DNA of 64,000 nucleotides from Gemmatimonadales bacterium (lineage in GTDB: Bacteria; Gemmatimonadota; Gemmatimonadetes; Gemmatimonadales; GWC2-71-9): assembly GCA_041577295.1 (NCBI GenBank), contig JBFGJG010000012.1, forward strand, positions 1-64,000. Direction: 5' to 3'. Below are positions 1 through 9,314 of this stretch, one piece after another; positions within the stretch are counted from its first letter, which is position 1; the number at the start of each line of letters is the position of its first letter. The notes beneath the pieces are model-generated. The model saw only the letters and a list, made by a program, of their open reading frames with translations. It was not told the origin of the DNA and made no database searches. Position numbers and translations under genes: made by a program.

Positions 1-1
1 G

Positions 2-847
2 ACCCAGCGGCTGAACCAAGAGGGCGTCGTGGCGACGACCCGTGCCCAGTACCTGGAGGCGAAGCGAAACGCCGAGGCTGGTGTTGAGCTGGCTGAAAAG
101 GGCCTCATCGCGGGCGCCGAGTTGGCCACCCTGCGCGAACGCGCCGAAGAGCTCTCAATTCGGGTAGAGCTCGAACGGAAACGACTACAGACCATCAGCG
201 AGGCGATCCAACCGCAGCTCGAAGTGCAGGAGGGTCAGGTCGAGCGACTCAAGGATATCGTTCAGTTCCAGCGCCAGCGCGTCCAGTCGATGCAGGTGCG
301 CGCCGGAACTCGAGGCGTGCTGCAAGACATGTCGCTGGAGGAGGGGCAGTGGGTACTGCCGGGGCAAACCCTCGCCCGTGTGGTGCAACCCGAGCGGCTA
401 AAGGCCGTGCTGCGGATCCCGGAAACCCAGGCGCGGGACGTTGTGCTCGGTCAAAACGTACTGGTAGATACTCGAACGGACACCATTCTGGGCCGAGTCG
501 TCCGTATCGATCCGGCTGTCCAGAACGGGGCGGTTGCCGTCGACGTACGCTTGGTGGACAGCCTTCCGCCAGGTGCGCGACCCGACCTGTCTGTGGACGG
601 GACGATTGAGATCGATCGCCTGGACGACGCGCTGTACGTGGGGCGCCCCGCGTATGGCCAGGCCTTCAGCACCGTCGGGCTCTTCCGGTTGACGCCGGAA
701 GGAAACTATGCGGAGCGGGCGACCGTACGGCTTGGAAGGAGCTCGGTGAACACCATCGAGATCGTGGACGGTCTGCAGGTGGGTGACGTGGTGATCCTGT
801 CTGACATGTCGCAGTGGGACGCCTACGACCGGGTGAGGTTGCGGTAG
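2..847 (+). CDS. Efflux transporter periplasmic adaptor (MacA/HlyD-type membrane fusion protein), 5'-partial
   Basis: Frame open from window edge; coiled-coil hairpin, then VRAGTRGVLQ..EEGQWVLPGQTLARV lipoyl-like motif, beta-barrel and C-terminal VRLGRSSVNTIEIVDGLQVGDVVIL typical of MFPs. Confidence 0.9.
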   Translation, partial: TQRLNQEGVVATTRAQYLEAKRNAEAGVELAEKGLIAGAELATLRERAEELSIRVELERKRLQTISEAIQPQLEVQEGQVERLKDIVQFQRQRVQSMQVRAGTRGVLQDMSLEEGQWVLPGQTLARVVQPERLKAVLRIPETQARDVVLGQNVLVDTRTDTILGRVVRIDPAVQNGAVAVDVRLVDSLPPGARPDLSVDGTIEIDRLDDALYVGRPAYGQAFSTVGLFRLTPEGNYAERATVRLGRSSVNTIEIVDGLQVGDVVILSDMSQWDAYDRVRLR

Positions 848-1071
848 GGCCAACAGGGGTTGAAACCCTCGCGCGGTCGTGACGTGGAAGATGCAACCAT
901 TTTGGGCGGGCGGGTATCTAGTTCAGATAGCCCCACACTGAAACGCGGGTGGCCCCTTCCGCCATGGGGCCCACCCGGCGGTCGCGCACCGGCAGCGCCC
1001 GGTGGACCGCTTCTCGTTGGCCGAGTGGCGCAGTCCCACGGACTGCCAGCAACGTGACAAGGAGACCTCCT

Positions 1072-1827
1072 ATGAGCGGTGGCAACGGTGATAGCACGAC
1101 CGCACTCATCAAGCTCGAGGGCGTGAAGAAGGTGTTCTACACGGAGGAGGTGGAGACCCACGCTCTTTCGGACATCCACCTCAACATCGGACAGGGCGAG
1201 TACATCGCCATTGCCGGGCCGTCGGGCTGTGGGAAGACGACACTGCTGTCGATTCTCGGCTTGTTGGACACGCCCACGGCCGGCCAGTATTTCCTGGACA
1301 GCGAACCCGTTGCCAACCTCTCGGCGAGCCAGCGGGCATACGTACGAAATCGGCAGATCGGTTTCATCTTCCAGGCGTTCAACCTGATCGGCGACCTCAC
1401 CGTGTACGAGAACGTCGAGCTGCCCCTCACCTATCGCAATATGCCCGGTGCCGAACGTAAGAAGCGGGTTCAAGAGTCCTTGGAGCGGGTTGGGATGTCA
1501 CACCGGATGAAGCACTATCCGTCTCAGCTCTCCGGTGGTCAGCAGCAGCGGGTCGCGGTGGCGCGCGCCATCGCGGGAAAGCCGGCCATTCTGCTCGCCG
1601 ACGAGCCCACCGGTAACCTCGATTCGAAGAACGGTGAGTCCGTGATGCAGCTGCTCGACGAGCTGCATCGCGAGGGCGCCACGATCTGTATGGTGACCCA
1701 CGATCCGCGATACGCCGAGCACGCCGGCCGCACGGTGCACCTGTTCGATGGCCAAGTGGTGAAGGATCAGGCCGCCGGCAAAGAGGTGGTCGACGAGCTC
1801 AAGGAAAGCGGATTCCACGTCGGCTGA
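1072..1827 (+). CDS. ABC transporter ATP-binding protein, MacB/LolD (MJ0796) family
   Basis: Walker A GPSGCGKT, GFIFQAFNL, LSGGQQQ signature, LLADEPTGNLD, VTHD; ATG 1072 preceded by SD AAGGAG at 1059-1064. Confidence 0.95.
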   Translation: MSGGNGDSTTALIKLEGVKKVFYTEEVETHALSDIHLNIGQGEYIAIAGPSGCGKTTLLSILGLLDTPTAGQYFLDSEPVANLSASQRAYVRNRQIGFIFQAFNLIGDLTVYENVELPLTYRNMPGAERKKRVQESLERVGMSHRMKHYPSQLSGGQQQRVAVARAIAGKPAILLADEPTGNLDSKNGESVMQLLDELHREGATICMVTHDPRYAEHAGRTVHLFDGQVVKDQAAGKEVVDELKESGFHVG

Positions 1828-2528
1828 TGGTGCTCCTCAAGCTCCGCAATCTCGAAAAGTTCTATGAGACCGGCGCAGGTCGAACGTACGTCCTGCGCCG
1901 GATCAACCTCGAGATCGACCGAGGGGACTTCGTAACCATCATGGGCCCATCGGGAGCTGGGAAGTCCACGCTTCTCAGCATCCTCGGCATGTTGGATGGA
2001 GCATGGGGCGGCGAGTTCTTCTTCCTCGAGCACGCCGTGCACGAAATGAAGCCCAAGGAACGTGTCGCGCTGAACAAGCAATACATCGGCTTCGTATTTC
2101 AACAGTATCATCTGCTGGACGATCTCACGGTCGCGGAGAACCTCGACCTTCCGCTCTCGTATCGCGGCGTGAAGAAGAAGGATCGGCAAGCGCTCGTGGC
2201 CGACACGTTGGATCGCTTCAGCATCGTCGCCAAGCGAGATCTCTTTCCTTCCCAACTCTCCGGCGGTCAACAGCAGCTCGTTGCGGTGGCACGCGCAGTC
2301 ATTGGGAACCCAAAGATCATCTTGGCCGACGAGCCTACCGGAAGCTTGCACTCGTCGCAGGGCAAGATGATCATGGATCTTTTGAAGAAGCTGAACCACG
2401 AGGGGACGACCATCGTGCAGGTGACCCACAACGAGACATACGCCGCGTACGGAAACAAGATCGTTCAACTGTTCGACGGTTGGATCAGCGACACGGAAAG
2501 CCTCACGACGGTAAGCAGCGAGCAGTAA
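1827..2528 (+). CDS. Second ABC transporter ATP-binding protein, MacB/LolD family (atypical D-loop)
   Basis: GPSGAGKS, LSGGQQQ, ILADEPTGSLH, VTHN; TGATG overlap with the upstream ATPase. Confidence 0.93.
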   Translation: MVLLKLRNLEKFYETGAGRTYVLRRINLEIDRGDFVTIMGPSGAGKSTLLSILGMLDGAWGGEFFFLEHAVHEMKPKERVALNKQYIGFVFQQYHLLDDLTVAENLDLPLSYRGVKKKDRQALVADTLDRFSIVAKRDLFPSQLSGGQQQLVAVARAVIGNPKIILADEPTGSLHSSQGKMIMDLLKKLNHEGTTIVQVTHNETYAAYGNKIVQLFDGWISDTESLTTVSSEQ

Positions 2529-2531
2529 GCA
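2511..2531 (+). repeat. Short heptamer tandem repeat GTAAGCA-GCGAGCA-GTAAGCA over the ATPase stop codon
   Basis: Read directly from the sequence. Confidence 0.5.
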
Positions 2532-2665
2532 GTTCCCTGGTTCCTCAACCCACTTTCCACACCCTCCTCGACTGTTTGACTTAAGCCCTTTTGTTCGGGA
2601 GTTCACCTGAGTTTTAGGTCACAATCGTAGACTTGCGATGGTTATGGGCCAACTGCGAGGATATC

Positions 2666-3877
2666 GTGGCTATCGCGCGTCTGGTGATCGTAGGTGTGGT
2701 GGGTGTGCTTCTCTGTGTCGACGCCTCCACTTCGGGCGCTGAGGAGATCCCGGCGTTCGCGAGGCGGTACGGCCTGAGTTGCAACGCGTGTCACAACCCC
2801 ATCCCCAAGGTCAACGCGTTTGGGGAGAGCTTTGCGGGTAACGGATTCCGCTTGGTCGCTAATGAGCCCGCGCGCGACACGATCGATACGGGCGATCGTC
2901 TGCTCGAACTTCCCCGAAATGTTCCGCTTGCAGTCCGGCTAGACGCGTATATCCAGGCGTACAACAACGGGCGCAGCGCCTCCGATTTCAAGACTCCGTA
3001 CAACCTCAAGATCCTGTCCGGCGGCCCCATCGCGAAGGACCTTTCCTATTACTTCTACTTCTTCCTCTTCGAGCGCGGTGAGGTTGGGGGTATCGAGGAC
3101 GCGTTCCTCCACTTCAATGACATCGCCGGGGCACCGGTCGACATTGCGGTTGGCCAATTTCAGATTTCAGATCCGATGTTCAAGCGGGAATTACGGTTGG
3201 AATTCGAGGATTACGCCATCTACCGGACGCGTATCGGTCTCCAACCGGCTGATCTGACCTATGACCGAGGCATCATGGTGTCGGCCGACGCATTGGGTGC
3301 CACGTTCACGGGCGAGATTGTCAACGGCAACGGCAAGGGTGCCGCGGGAGAAGACCGTCGACTCGACAACGATCCGCTCAAGAGCGTTTTCGGACACGTG
3401 AGCCGCGACGTGTCGGGGGCTTTGAGGCTCGGGGTCATGGGCTACTGGGGCAAGCAGGAGGGTCAGGTGACGGAAGACGACCCACTCGTGCGAAACACCG
3501 TGTGGATGGTGGGTGGCGATGCGACGCTGACCGTTGGCCCCGTCGAGATCAACGGTCAATACATCCATCGGGAGGACAGCGCTCCCACCTTCGGACCAGA
3601 TGAAGAGCGCTCGAAGACTGATGGGGGATTCGTCGAAGTGCTGCTGCTCCCACCGGGAAGCCGCTGGTACGGCTTGGCGCTGTACAATCTCGTCGAGTCG
3701 AATAGCGGACTCCTTGATGTTCGCCTGGGAGGGCCGTCTCAAACGTCTCGGTACCAGAGCCTGACCGCCGGTGTCGGCCATATCCTGCGCCGCAACTTCC
3801 GTCTGTTGGGGGAGTTCACTTGGGATACGGAGCTCACCGAGGGGCGCTGGACGATAGGGGCAGTAACGGCGTTCTAA
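2666..3877 (+). CDS. Cyc2-like fused monoheme cytochrome c / outer-membrane beta-barrel protein
   Basis: GTG 2666 after GAGG; signal peptide; IPAFARRYGLSCNACHNPIPKVNAFGESF matches the PxFAR..G..CxxCH...PxL..G..F N-terminus of Cyc2-type proteins; amphipathic beta-strands; C-terminal Phe. Confidence 0.7.
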   Translation: MAIARLVIVGVVGVLLCVDASTSGAEEIPAFARRYGLSCNACHNPIPKVNAFGESFAGNGFRLVANEPARDTIDTGDRLLELPRNVPLAVRLDAYIQAYNNGRSASDFKTPYNLKILSGGPIAKDLSYYFYFFLFERGEVGGIEDAFLHFNDIAGAPVDIAVGQFQISDPMFKRELRLEFEDYAIYRTRIGLQPADLTYDRGIMVSADALGATFTGEIVNGNGKGAAGEDRRLDNDPLKSVFGHVSRDVSGALRLGVMGYWGKQEGQVTEDDPLVRNTVWMVGGDATLTVGPVEINGQYIHREDSAPTFGPDEERSKTDGGFVEVLLLPPGSRWYGLALYNLVESNSGLLDVRLGGPSQTSRYQSLTAGVGHILRRNFRLLGEFTWDTELTEGRWTIGAVTAF

Positions 3878-3917
3878 AGCGGTGAGCGGCCAGTGAATAG
3901 TGCGCGGATCACCCTCG

Positions 3918-4112
3918 CTACTCCCGGTTTCCCTTTGTCGGTGCGAAGCGCAGCGCCATCGCGGCGAGCAAGACGGCAATCGCCAACCAGATAATCCAGT
4001 CCCGTTCCAGCCGGACGCCGAAGAAGATCAGAACGGCAGCGGTGATGAAGAGGCCCAATTTCCACGGATAGAACGGGTCGGGTCGGCGACGCCTCCGGTC
4101 GGCGAAGAACAT
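3918..4112 (-). CDS. Small (64 aa) two-helix membrane protein, hypothetical
   Basis: MFFADRRRRRPDPFYPWKLGLFITAAVLIFFGVRLERDWIIWLAIAVLLAAMALRF: basic N-terminus and two hydrophobic segments; fills an otherwise empty gap; start uncertain. Confidence 0.65.
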   Translation of the reverse strand: MFFADRRRRRPDPFYPWKLGLFITAAVLIFFGVRLERDWIIWLAIAVLLAAMALRFAPTKGNRE

Positions 4113-4135
4113 GTTTGGCAAGTTACCCACACACC

Positions 4136-4170
4136 GTTCGAATGTGGGATGGCGTATCCCACCTACGAAC
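4136..4170. promoter_or_regulatory. Putative upstream activator site (35-bp inverted repeat), copy 1
   Basis: GTTCG-AATG-TGGGAT-GGCGT-ATCCCA-CCTA-CGAAC; same pattern at 14260 and 31877. Confidence 0.75.
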
Positions 4171-4205
4171 AATCGTCACGTCCTGGCGCTTCTCGTCGAT
4201 TCCCC

Positions 4206-4230
4206 TAATCTCTCATCTCGTAATGACTTG
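4206..4230. promoter_or_regulatory. IHF-like AT-rich element, copy 1
   Basis: TAA-N4-TCA-N5-TAA-N4-TTG, starts 40 bp before the sigma54 box; only a partial match to WATCAA-N4-TTR. Confidence 0.5.
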
Positions 4231-4245
4231 GCGAGCCATGACATG

Positions 4246-4260
4246 TGGCACCCGGCTTGC
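4246..4260 (+). promoter_or_regulatory. Sigma54 -24/-12 promoter, copy 1
   Basis: TGGCAC-CCGGC-TTGC, GG-N10-GC. Confidence 0.85.
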
Positions 4261-4331
4261 CTGATGTAGCTCGTAACCCGTGACCGTCGGGGCCGAACTC
4301 GGTCACGGTGCCCACACGGAGAGCTGCGACA

Positions 4332-6752
4332 ATGTCCTCGAACCTCGTTGGTGACGTCCGTTATGCCGTCAGGACGTTGACCAAGCAGCCCATGATCGCA
4401 GGTGCTGCCGTGCTAGCGCTCGCATTAGGCGTTGGTGCCAACACCGCGATCTTCAGCGCGGTCAACGCGGTCCTCATTGAGTCACTGCCATTCCCAGAGC
4501 CCAACCGCCTCGCTGTCTTGTGGGAGAACAACGCGGAGCAAGGTAAAGAGCGTGAGGGCGTGAGCGCTGCCACCTTTCTCGACTGGCGGCGGGAGAGTCA
4601 GAGCTTCTCCGGCATGGGGGCATGGATGTACTGGGGGTATGCACTCACCGGTGACGGAGAGCCGCAGCACGTCACCGCACCCCGCGTGTCACCGTCGTTG
4701 TTTAACACCCTCGGTATCGGAGCCGCCTTGGGGCGGACATTCGAATCCACGGAAGAAGCGTTGGGTCAGGACAGGGTAGTCGTGCTCAGCCACGAGTTCT
4801 GGCAACGCCGCTACGCCGGAGCCCCAGACGTAGTCGGACAGCAACTCGTTCTGGACGGCATTCCGCACATCGTTGTTGGTGTGATGCCCGCCGGATTTCG
4901 CTTCCCGGATGACGATCCGGTTCCCATGTGGACGCCACTCGCCTTCACGCGAGAAGAAGAATCCGCGCGGCGGCGGCGTTCGTTCAACGTCATCGCTCGG
5001 CTCGAGCCGGGGATCACCTTCGAGCAGGCAGAAAGTGAGTTGGCGGCGATAGCGCAGGGTATTTCCCAGCAATATCCCGAGAGCAACGCCGGCTGGGGCG
5101 TTACGATCCTGCCGGCAACCAACCTCCTTTTCGAAGACAATCGGCACCTTCTGATTCTGCTTGGCGCGGTTGGTTTCGTGCTTCTCATCGCATGTGCCAA
5201 CGTTGGGAGTCTTCTGCTGGCGCGCGCGGTCAACCGCCGTCGTGAGTTCGCGGTGCGCACGGCGTTGGGGGCGGGGCAGGGATCGATCGTGCGCCAGCTC
5301 CTCGTCGAGAGCGCGGTGCTGACTCTCGCGGGTACCGTCGCAGGGGTGGGACTAGCCATCTGGGCACTCGACTTGATCATGGCTGCCTATCCGGAAGCGA
5401 TTCCCAGCTGGAATGCCGTAACCTTGGATCTCGCCGTGCTCGCGTTCGTTGGCGGCGTCGCGGCGGTCACCACGATCTTGGCTGGCGTGGTTCCCGCCCT
5501 CCAGGCTTCCCGCTTGAGCGTGAACGAGCTTCTCAAGGAGAGCGCTGACAAGACCAGCGCTGGTGGCCGGGCGCGTCGGCTGCGGAGTGCATTGGTCACG
5601 TCCGAAATTGTGATCGCGGTGGTGCTGCTCGCTGGAGCGGGGCTCATGATCAACAGCTTTCTGCGATTGCAGCGTGTGAATCCCGGGTTCAACGCAGACA
5701 ACCTCCTTGCCGTTGACATCTTCTTGGTGGATACGCGCTATCCGGATGCTCGCCAGCAGATTGACTTTTTGACGGCGTTGGTCGAGCGGGTGCAGGCGGT
5801 TCCGGGTGTGTTGGCCGCCGGGACGGTAAGCGCGCTGCCGCTCAATCAGTCGGGTGGTGCCGATTTCGATCTTCCGATCACTATCGAAGGCCGGCCGTCG
5901 GTCGAACGTGGGCGCGAGCCAGAGGTCGATTTCCGCGTGGCCAGCGAAGGCTATCTACGGGTGATGGGGATCCCGCTGAGACAGGGTCGTGGTTTCACCG
6001 ACGAGGACCGCGCCGATGCACCGCGCGTGGCGCTGATCAACCGAACCACGCAGCGGCGCCACTTTCCGGACGTCAACCCGGTGGGCCAGCGCATTGCCAT
6101 ACCGTGGGGCGGATCGCGCGAGATTGTGGGAGTGGTCGACGACGTGCGCCATCGAGGACTCGACGCTGAGGCGCGGCCGGAGATGTACGTTCCCATGAGG
6201 CAAGAGGCCTTCGGCGCGATTTCCCTCGTAGTGCGCACAACAGGAGATCCGCTACCGATGGCCGAGTCGATCAAGGCTGAGATCTATCAGTTGGATGCCC
6301 TACAGCCGGTGTTCCAAGTTTCGACCATGCGTGAGCTCGTCTCGGATTCGGTCGCGACCCGCCGATTTAGTATGCTCCTGCTTGCACTCTTCGCAGGTCT
6401 CGCCACCGTGCTCGCAGCGATCGGAGTCCATGCGTTGGTCAGCTACACCGTCACGCAGCGCACGCGCGAGATCGGGATCCGAGTCGCCCTTGGCGCGGCG
6501 CGGGGAGACGTCGTGCGCATGGTCGTACGTCACGGATTGCTGTTGGCCGCCGTCGGCGTGGCGATCGGCGTGGTGGTCGCGCTTGGAGTCACCCGCTTGC
6601 TGGGCAGCCTTCTGTTCGAGGTTGAGGCCAATGATCCGCTAACGCTTTCGGCAGTCGCGGCGAGTTTCATCGCAATCGCCCTCACGGCGAGCTGGTTGCC
6701 GGCGCGGCACGCCGCACGCGTAGACCCCATGGAAGCGTTGCGGTACGAGTAG
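4332..6752 (+). CDS. ADOP-type duplicated MacB/FtsX ABC permease #1
   Basis: [42 protein letters not shown], repeated second half ending [14 protein letters not shown] 4332 after GGAGAG. Confidence 0.93.
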   Translation: MSSNLVGDVRYAVRTLTKQPMIAGAAVLALALGVGANTAIFSAVNAVLIESLPFPEPNRLAVLWENNAEQGKEREGVSAATFLDWRRESQSFSGMGAWMYWGYALTGDGEPQHVTAPRVSPSLFNTLGIGAALGRTFESTEEALGQDRVVVLSHEFWQRRYAGAPDVVGQQLVLDGIPHIVVGVMPAGFRFPDDDPVPMWTPLAFTREEESARRRRSFNVIARLEPGITFEQAESELAAIAQGISQQYPESNAGWGVTILPATNLLFEDNRHLLILLGAVGFVLLIACANVGSLLLARAVNRRREFAVRTALGAGQGSIVRQLLVESAVLTLAGTVAGVGLAIWALDLIMAAYPEAIPSWNAVTLDLAVLAFVGGVAAVTTILAGVVPALQASRLSVNELLKESADKTSAGGRARRLRSALVTSEIVIAVVLLAGAGLMINSFLRLQRVNPGFNADNLLAVDIFLVDTRYPDARQQIDFLTALVERVQAVPGVLAAGTVSALPLNQSGGADFDLPITIEGRPSVERGREPEVDFRVASEGYLRVMGIPLRQGRGFTDEDRADAPRVALINRTTQRRHFPDVNPVGQRIAIPWGGSREIVGVVDDVRHRGLDAEARPEMYVPMRQEAFGAISLVVRTTGDPLPMAESIKAEIYQLDALQPVFQVSTMRELVSDSVATRRFSMLLLALFAGLATVLAAIGVHALVSYTVTQRTREIGIRVALGAARGDVVRMVVRHGLLLAAVGVAIGVVVALGVTRLLGSLLFEVEANDPLTLSAVAASFIAIALTASWLPARHAARVDPMEALRYE

Positions 6753-6763
6753 GGAGGGAACTG

Positions 6764-9238
6764 ATGTCCTCGGTTCTTGCCGATCTTCGTTATGCCGTCC
6801 GAACTCTGCTAACGAACCCCGGCTTTACGGTCGCGGCCCTGGCGACGCTTGCGCTTGGGATAGGTGCCAACACTGCGATCTTCAGCCTCGCCGACGCGGT
6901 GTTGTTGCGGGCCCCACCGGTGCACGACGGTCACCGCCTCGGCGTTGTGTACACCACGTGTCGCCGCGGGGACTTGCGATGCTCATCGTCGTACCCGGAC
7001 TACGAAGACTATAGGGACCGATCGACCGCTTTTGCGGACATGGCGGCATACAGCTCGGTGCCGCTCAATGTGGGAGACGAAGCTGGCGCCCGGTTGGCGA
7101 CGGGAATGCTGGTGACGGGCAACTACTTTCAGCTGCTGGGCGTGGTGCCGGCGGCAGGTCGTTTGCTTCAGCCGAACGATAACCGGCGCGGCGCGCCCCA
7201 GGCCGTCGCCGTATTGAGTCACGCATTTTGGCGTTCGCACTTCTCGGGCGCTGAGGAGATTGTGGGTCGCTCGCTTCGACTCAACGGTTCCGTTTTCACG
7301 GTCGTAGGAGTATCTCCGGCCGGATTTACCGGCTTGGATCTCGGCGGTCAACCCGATCTCTTCGTTCCCATGCTAGCTGGCCAGTGGCTCGGCGACGCAG
7401 CGGGCGCGGCAGGACGAGCGGGGATCTTCGATGACCGCGCCAGCCGGTGGATCCACGCAACCATAGGTCGCTTGGCCGAAGGCGCTACGATCGCTCAGGC
7501 CCGTAGCGAGATGCTCGCTATCTCCGCCCAGTTGGCGGAGGAAGATCCGCAATCTCGCGGTTCACGCTCGGTGACGGTCGACGCACTACCGGGATATTTG
7601 CTGCCAATCGACCAGCGGGCCGCGCTCGTACGGTTCGTTGCCTTTTTGGCTACCGTAGTGGGATTCACCCTTCTTCTCGCGAGTGCCAACCTTGCGAACC
7701 TCCTCCTCGGTCGGGCCGTTGCTCGGCGAAGAGAGATCGGGATTCGTGTCGCCATCGGTGCCAGTCGAAGACGGCTCTTGCGGCAACTCCTTACCGAAAG
7801 CCTGCTGCTCGCCGCGGTTGGTGGAATGCTGGGATTGCTTGTGGCGACCTGGACGCTCGATCTCTTGTCCGGGTTTGAACTCCCTGGTCGTGTCGGTGTG
7901 GCCGCTCTCGAGATCGATTTGGATCTCCGCGTGCTTACGATTGCGGGTGCGCTGGTCGTGGTGACCGGAATTCTGTTTGGCGCGCTCCCCGCGTGGCAAA
8001 GCTCCAGGCCAGATGTGGTGATGGCGCTCAAGGGCGGGACGTCGCAGCCGGGTCGCGGACGTCCCACGCTCCGTCGAAGTCTCATGGCCGTCCAAGTGGC
8101 TGTTTGCCTCATATTGCTCGTGGGCTCCGGCGTGTTCGTGCGGACCATGCAGAAGGCGCTGGCCCTCGATCTCGGGTTTGATCCTCACGGTGTCACGGTG
8201 GCGCGGTTCAATCTCGCGTTGCTTCGGTACACGCCCGAACGAGCACACACGTTCGTGACGACGCTGCTCGAGCGGCTCCGCGGTCTCCCCTGGGTTGACG
8301 CTGCCAGCGTGAGCACGCTTATGCCCTTCGAGGAAGGTGGGTTTCAAGGCACCTTTGTGTCCGTGGACGGGTACGAGCCGGCCCAAGACGAGGAAATGCG
8401 GGTGGATTTTCTGCTCGTGTCCTCGGATTACTTCGCATCTGTCGGCATCCCGTTCGTTCGAGGAAGGGGCATCGAATCCTCGGACGACACGTCGTCACAG
8501 CGTGTGATCGTCGTGAGTCGCTTCATGGCCGAGCGCTATTGGGCAGGACGAGATCCGATAGGTGGCTCCGTACGGTTCGGCGAGCGTGACTTCGAGGTGG
8601 TGGGTGTGGCTGAGGACACGCGGTGGCGGGGCATGATCGACACACCAACTTCGTACGTCTTCCTTGCCCTCGATCAATCACCTGCGACCATGGCACAGCG
8701 GTTTCTCACCGTAGCGGTTCGAGGCAGCGGCGATACGAGATTGGCAGCTAGCGCGATCCGAGACGAGTTTCGCGCCTTGGATCCGGAGCTGTCGCTCACA
8801 TCGCTTGAAGCGATGGACGATCGAGTCAGTCGCGTTCTCATGCCGCAACGTCTTGGCAGCACCGTGCTGAGCTTCTTCGCGCTCCTGGCGTTATCACTGG
8901 CGCTGGTGGGCATCTACGGCGTGGTGTCCTACACCGCCAGGCAACAGTCCAGGTCGATTGGTATCCGGATGGCGCTGGGTGCCACCCGGTGGGACGTGCT
9001 TCGCATGGTGATGCGGGATGGAGCGGGCCCGGTGCTTTTTGGAATGGTTTTTGGGATCATGGGCGCGGTCTTGCTCACGCGGTCCGTCGAGGCGTTCCTG
9101 GTCGGAGTGTCACCACATGACCTCGTGACTTTCGTGGCGACGGTCGCACTCCTCGGCGGGACAGCAGTCATCGCGACGTTTATACCGGCGCGGCGGGCGG
9201 CAAGCGTAGATCCCATGATCATTTTGCGACACGAGTGA
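6764..9238 (+). CDS. ADOP-type duplicated MacB/FtsX ABC permease #2
   Basis: Same signature motifs; SD GGGAGG. Confidence 0.93.
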   Translation: MSSVLADLRYAVRTLLTNPGFTVAALATLALGIGANTAIFSLADAVLLRAPPVHDGHRLGVVYTTCRRGDLRCSSSYPDYEDYRDRSTAFADMAAYSSVPLNVGDEAGARLATGMLVTGNYFQLLGVVPAAGRLLQPNDNRRGAPQAVAVLSHAFWRSHFSGAEEIVGRSLRLNGSVFTVVGVSPAGFTGLDLGGQPDLFVPMLAGQWLGDAAGAAGRAGIFDDRASRWIHATIGRLAEGATIAQARSEMLAISAQLAEEDPQSRGSRSVTVDALPGYLLPIDQRAALVRFVAFLATVVGFTLLLASANLANLLLGRAVARRREIGIRVAIGASRRRLLRQLLTESLLLAAVGGMLGLLVATWTLDLLSGFELPGRVGVAALEIDLDLRVLTIAGALVVVTGILFGALPAWQSSRPDVVMALKGGTSQPGRGRPTLRRSLMAVQVAVCLILLVGSGVFVRTMQKALALDLGFDPHGVTVARFNLALLRYTPERAHTFVTTLLERLRGLPWVDAASVSTLMPFEEGGFQGTFVSVDGYEPAQDEEMRVDFLLVSSDYFASVGIPFVRGRGIESSDDTSSQRVIVVSRFMAERYWAGRDPIGGSVRFGERDFEVVGVAEDTRWRGMIDTPTSYVFLALDQSPATMAQRFLTVAVRGSGDTRLAASAIRDEFRALDPELSLTSLEAMDDRVSRVLMPQRLGSTVLSFFALLALSLALVGIYGVVSYTARQQSRSIGIRMALGATRWDVLRMVMRDGAGPVLFGMVFGIMGAVLLTRSVEAFLVGVSPHDLVTFVATVALLGGTAVIATFIPARRAASVDPMIILRHE

Positions 9239-9275
9239 AAAAGACGGAAAGACGGAATGTTGAAAGAAACGGAAA
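9239..9275 (+). repeat. Degenerate 8-nt purine-rich tandem repeat in spacer (AAGACGGA x2, ATGTTGAA, ...)
   Basis: Read directly; begins just after the stop codon. Confidence 0.6.
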
Positions 9276-9314
9276 TGACTGAGGAAGTCTGGGGATTTGT
9301 TGCTTCTGAGTGAT

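Noticed and set aside
860..1057. 65-aa ORF in the adaptor-ATPase gap, and the extension of the ATPase ORF to 949
   Set aside because: TTG start, Pro/Gly-rich low-complexity product running through GC hairpins; the ATPase has a good SD and ATG at 1072
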